NCBI GenBank assembly: GCA_964016885.1
Contig: OZ024754.1
Coordinates: forward strand, 124,001 to 188,000
Length of the DNA: 64,000 bases
Origin: Eledone cirrhosa
Lineage: Eukaryota
Direction of reading: 5' to 3'
Each line of letters opens with the position of its first letter. The first letter of the stretch is position 1. The notes below the pieces were generated by a model that saw only the letters and a list, made by a program, of their open reading frames with translations, did no database searches and had not been told where the DNA came from. A program made the translations under genes and the position numbers. This document shows, piece by piece, positions 58,770-64,000 of the stretch.

Positions 58770-59049
58770 TATATTAAAGTGTGTGTGTAATGTTGCTACC
58801 TATGTGGGAACATGCCCGAAATTCCTCTGTAGAATATATGGCAGATGATATTTTGGCAGTTATCGTCTGCCTTAATCTGCCATTTTTTCTGATATTCCCC
58901 GGTTTATGTAGAATGTTTGAACTGTTGTACATTATAGAAATGTCTGTGTGAAGGTGAGAGAGAGAGGGTGGGGCTGAGGGTGGAAAAGTTACCTGTGGGT
59001 GGCTGTAATGATGAAAAGGACATCGATGAAACATGAAAGCAAGTATTGC

Positions 59050-59560
59050 AATAGTGGTGATGATGATGATGATGTCGATGATAGTGATGGTGGTGGTGAT
59101 GATGTCGATGATAGTGATGGTGGTGATGATGATGATGATGATGGCGGTGATGGTGGTGATGGTGGAGATGATGGTGATGGTGATAGTGATGGTGGAGATG
59201 ATGATGGTGGTGATGGTGATAGTGATGGTGATGATGATGATGATGATGATGACGATAGTGATGGCGGTGATGGTGGAGATGATGATGGTTGGTAGGAGGA
59301 GGAAGAGGAGGAGAAGGCAGGGGCGGTGGGTAGGGATGATGACTAAGAAGAGTAATGGGAGAGATGATTATGATGGACTACACGATGATGATGATGATGA
59401 TGATGATGATGGTCGTGATGCTATTGATATTGGTGATGAAAACGACGATGATGATGATGCTGACGACGTCATCGACGACGACGATGATACTGCTGTTGAT
59501 GTTGATGATGATGATGATGGAATATGTTTTGTTGAAGATGCAGAGCAGATGATGCGATGA
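59050..59560. repeat. (GAT/GGT) low-complexity tract
   Basis: Direct reading. Confidence 0.9.
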
Positions 59561-59917
59561 CGACATCAACAACAGCAAACGTCAAATAGAGGAAGGATAG
59601 GAAGTGGAAGTAAGATCAGAAGGAAGAGGTGGAGAGGAAGGAGAAGTGTTAGAAGGGAGAGGAGCAGTGGAGTGGAGGTGGGGGTGTAAGAAAGTGCAGT
59701 GGTGGAAGGGGAGGAGGAAAGTAAAGGAATGTTAGACGTATCCAGGAATATATGTCAAGGTGTTTTCTACAGTGAATTGCAGAAACGTAAACAAGACCTT
59801 GTTTACGTTGACGTGTTCTATACACGTGTGGTTTGTAAGCGTGTTAATGTGTGTATATATATATATATATATAGAGAGAGAGATAGATAGAGAGGGAGAG
59901 AGAGAGAGAGAGAGATG

Positions 59918-59948
<31 letters not shown>

Positions 59949-60284
59949 ACGCACACGCACGTAATTGTATTTCAGGTTTGTATCATAAACGATTGAACGA
60001 TTCAAATACTGATTGAAGCCTATAAATATTTTGTATTTATATTTTATTAAAGGTGACTGTTTATTTACAAGTTTCGCTGATACTATTGCAGCCTCTCCGA
60101 CCTGTGTAGTGTCAATAAAACTGCAGGATAAACAGTGACAATTTAGTAATAACTGTTACTACTGTTGGCACTAGGTCTTCAATTTGAAGGGAAGGGGTAA
60201 GTCGATTAAATAAATTCCAGTGCCTTACTGGTACTTTATTTTATCGACCAGGAAAAGCTAATCTCGACGTTATTTAACAGCATT

Positions 60285-60445
60285 AGGGTTGGACGCCGTG
60301 CTTTCTAGCATAGTTACGTCCCTTTACAGTCTGAGTTCAAATCCCGCCGAGGTTAACTTTGCCTTTCATCCTTACGGGGTCGATAAAATAAAGTACCAGT
60401 AATGTACTGGGTATTTGTTGGCCTTGTGCCTAAAGTAGAAACAAT
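60285..60445 (+). mobile_element. Young SINE lacking its first ~25 nt, head-to-head with an older minus-strand SINE (60165-60270)
   Basis: Matches 44250-44412. Confidence 0.85.
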
Positions 60446-60670
60446 TAAATGAAATAAGAACCTTATTCTATCATTTTCTTCAGTTAGATATGCTCACCAT
60501 TTACTTACCCTAGCTTTCTCTATGTTTTACCTTAAATATATCTCTCACATCTTCCACCTATAATTACATAAACACATTGAGCTTTCTATAAAACTATTTG
60601 ACAGTCATATACTCAAATATGTAGCCTCTCTACATTCAAAAAGAGTTATATTTTTACCATATATATGTAA

Positions 60671-60701
<31 letters not shown>

Positions 60702-60742
60702 TGTATGTATGTATGTATGTATGTATGTATGTATGTATGTAT

Positions 60743-61388
60743 GAATACATGTTACCAGTTGGTGCTACTGGTAACATGTATTCCAGTACAACCTGTTCCC
60801 ATGGTCGGGTCGTTGGCGACTAAACTGGCAACCCCACCAAGGTTTCTCGGTGAGGAGGGTGACTTTGGACATCCTGCAGGACTAAAAACAAAACCTGTCA
60901 AAGGGCAAAGGAGCTCTTAAGAGTCGATGGCCATTGACTCTTAAGAGCTCCTTTGCCCTTTGCCATCCAAAATCACCGAGAGAGATGACTCTTAGCCTTT
61001 GTCAAGACAGAATTCTAGGAGAAGGAAAACTCTGATATAACACCTGCAACCCTGATGGTATCCAACGATGTTGACTTGTTCTTCTTTTTGGTAAATATCA
61101 TCTTGGTTAAGAGAGTGGGACTGGCTTTGTGTAGTGCCTTTGCTCACTATAAAAGCTTCACGGCACAGGCATTGCTTTGTATCTGGAGATCTCTCTGCAC
61201 TTGTCGTCACATGGTACCATGGGCCCAGCACTGTGTGTCAATAATTGTCACAAGTGTAGTGTTTGTACCAGAGTTTTCAAGTCGCTGACTGGACTAAAAA
61301 GTCACACTCGTTCAGCGCATCGGTAGGGGTTCTCCTACATGGATATAAAGTAGTGGCCGTACTCGAAAACGAGTTGGCAGCCACCATG
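60743..61388 (+). mobile_element. Non-autonomous RTE-derived retroelement (copy 2) within (TATG)n
   Basis: (TATG)n on both sides (60672-60742 and 61386-61485). Reverse complement of 17127-17740 with two extra fold-backs. Confidence 0.75.
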
Positions 61389-63049
61389 TATGTATGTATG
61401 TATGTATGTATGTATGTATGTATGTATGTATGTATGTATGTATGTATGTATGTATGTATGTATGTATGTATGTATGTATGTATGTCTAACTTGGCAGAAA
61501 GGGCGTCCATAATACCGTGAATTTAGAAATTCAGACCATTTATCTTACAAAGTAAAGAACACATTAAGTAATGTAGTCCCACGTCTCACTGTCGACAGTC
61601 AGGGATAAAAGATCTTTTCACAGAGATGTCTTTGGTCAGACTAAGGTTCTGGTTAAACAACAACAATGAGGACAAGAACCAACGTGTGTAGAAGTAGGGG
61701 TGGGTTGAGATTTTGTTTTTATTCCCGAGCCAGTGCTAATTGATCATCATTAGGATCGAGGACATTACAGCCGTGACCATCTCGTCTTTTTAAAGGAATG
61801 CTGTAGTGGTGGTGATGTTTATGGTGTTGTTATTCAATGGTGATAATAGTGGTAGTATTGGTGGTGGTGGTAGTGGTGGTGTTTAGAGTGGTGGTGGTAG
61901 TGTTTATGGTGTTGTTATTCAGTGGTGATAATAGTGGTAGTGGTGGTGGTGGTGGTGGGGGTGGTGTTTATGGTGTTGTTATTCAGTGGTGATAATAGTG
62001 GTAGTGGTGGTGGTGGTGGTGGTAGTAAGTTAAAAGAAGACGATATATAAGGTAGAAGTTGTAAACAGGAATGTAGGTCGTCTGCTGTTTGTCAGAATGT
62101 GGATCAAAGAGAAAATGGAGGCAACGCCGCCACTTTCTTGCATCAAAATGCATTGCACTGCACACTGACGTAAACAATGACTCAACCGTGCACATACCGA
62201 CAGATGTCAGTGCAGGGGAGTGGTTCTGACAGTGAGATAGGACGCTGATGATGATGAGGGTGCCGCGTGGTGCGTTTGTGGCGTTGTTGTTGTTGTTATT
62301 GTTGTTGTTAGGGCTGGTGGAGCTGATGTTTTGGTGATGAGATGGTGGTGGTGATGTTGGTGGTGGTGCGATGGTGGAGGTGGTGTTGTTGTTGGTGGTG
62401 GTGGTGGTGGAGGTGATGTTTTGGTGGTGCGATGGTGGTGGTAGTGTTGTTGGTGGTGGTGGTGGTGGTGGAGGTGATGTTTTGGTGGTGCGATGGTGGT
62501 GGTAGTGTTGGTGTTGGTGGAGGTGGTGTTGTTGGTGGTGGTGGTGGAGGTGATGTTTTGGTGGTGCGAGGGTGGTGGTGTTGGTGGTTGTGCTGGTAGT
62601 GGTGGTGATGTTGGTGGTGGTGCGATGGTGGGGCGGTGTTGTTGGTGGTGCGATGGTGCTGGTGCTGGTGGAGGTGCTGGTAGTGGTGGTGGTGCTGGTG
62701 GCAGGATGTGAGTTTGGCTACTATATCTAGCAAGTCCAGACTCCCTTGTTTGGTAATGGTAATAATGGCTGCTACACTCTTCCTTTTGTTGTTGTTCAGT
62801 CCCAGGACAGGCCTGGTGAAGCAGACATTATCAAAAGCACTCCAGCCATAGTTGTATACGGCATACCTGATGCCATAGTTTCTGCTGTAAATACAGAGGT
62901 TGGAGTTCTCTCCCCTGGTGGTGATACCGTGTTTTTCTTTTAAATCCTAGCAGGCGTCCTTCAGGGTAACACATTGCCAACGTATCTTTTCATAATCGTT
63001 CTTGACTATGTCATAGGGGAAGCTTTTGTTAATGGAAAGTGAGACGTAT

Positions 63050-63225
63050 ATAGCGAGTGGTGTAGAACTCATCAAATCGGACCGAGGAAACAATGTTTCC
63101 ATTTGTCTTTTCATTGCTGATACTATCTATCGGTCGCAACTCCTAGCATATAACGCAACGCCCGGTCCAGGAATCGAACTCATAACTTCACAAATGCGAA
63201 TCCAATTTTCTAACCACTAAGCCGT
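63050..63225 (-). mobile_element. tRNA-derived SINE (decayed)
   Basis: ccaggaatcgaactc...ctaaccactaagcc are B and A boxes on minus. Confidence 0.65.
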
Positions 63226-63953
63226 ATATTATATCTATATGTGTGAGTGTGTGTGTGGAGAGAAAGAGAGAGAAGATGGGGAGGGAGGGGGAGAGATGCG
63301 GGGCAGTGAGTGAGACACAACAACAACAACAACACTACTACTAATATATGAGGGTTTACACGCGTGCATTTGTTACACTTTGTATGCAATAACATGACGA
63401 GTTTCATCGTGATTTTCTATACAATACAGTCACACACGTGCTTGCGCGCGTGTGTGAATAAATGTGTGTGTGTATGTGGCAGTGTGTGTGTGTGTGTGTT
63501 TAAATGTGTGTGTGTAAATGTGTGTCTGTTTATGAGATTTGGGCGTTATACTAGCCTACAGGTTAGCTGGTTTCTCCTTATAAACACTTGCAGGATGGCC
63601 ACCCATTCTATATACACGTAAACACAGACACGTGGTTCTAATGTTGCTGTTGTTGTTGTTGTTGTCTGTGTCACTGTAGGTGTGGTGCAGTTATTGTTGT
63701 TACAGTTGTTGTTGTTGTTTAATTCACTTCACCCCTCATGTTTATCACTGCAATGTTAAAAATAAAGTCTTATCCCCTACCCCAATCCTCGGTCACCCAC
63801 CTCTCCAATCCTTACCCTCCACACCCATCTCTATACCTTCTACATTTTTATTCACACTCTATCTTCTTCACTCTCATTTCTCTCTTTCTCTCTCCCACGC
63901 TTTATATATACATTTGATGTGTTTATATATACATATATATGATGTATATATAT

Positions 63954-63999
<46 letters not shown>

Positions 64000-64000
64000 T

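Overview
AT-rich eukaryotic non-coding DNA. It is most likely from an octopod cephalopod, judged from my recognition of the SINE families and the extreme microsatellite load; I have not database-checked this. I see no supportable host gene exon. All long ORFs are translations of (TA)n, (CA)n, trinucleotide or minisatellite arrays. Protein-coding remnants are all transposon debris: an RTE LINE 3' end with a 12-bp TSD and twin-priming-type inversion (7.9-8.2 kb), a hAT/Buster transposase fragment (18.4-18.6 kb) and an R4/Dong RLE-LINE 3' end in a (TAA)n tract (55.1-55.6 kb). There are many tRNA-head SINEs, a few Tc1/mariner MITEs and two near-identical copies of an internally deleted RTE-derived element in (TATG)n. 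The most striking pattern is at least five families of short Penelope-like (PLE) terminal fragments sitting in or beside (TA)n tracts. Many are folded back into hairpins and carry hammerhead ribozyme (HHR) motifs. These include a ~320-bp palindrome with an intact-looking type I HHR on each strand (15.5-15.8 kb) and a U3-A8 compensatory core variant (24.7 kb).
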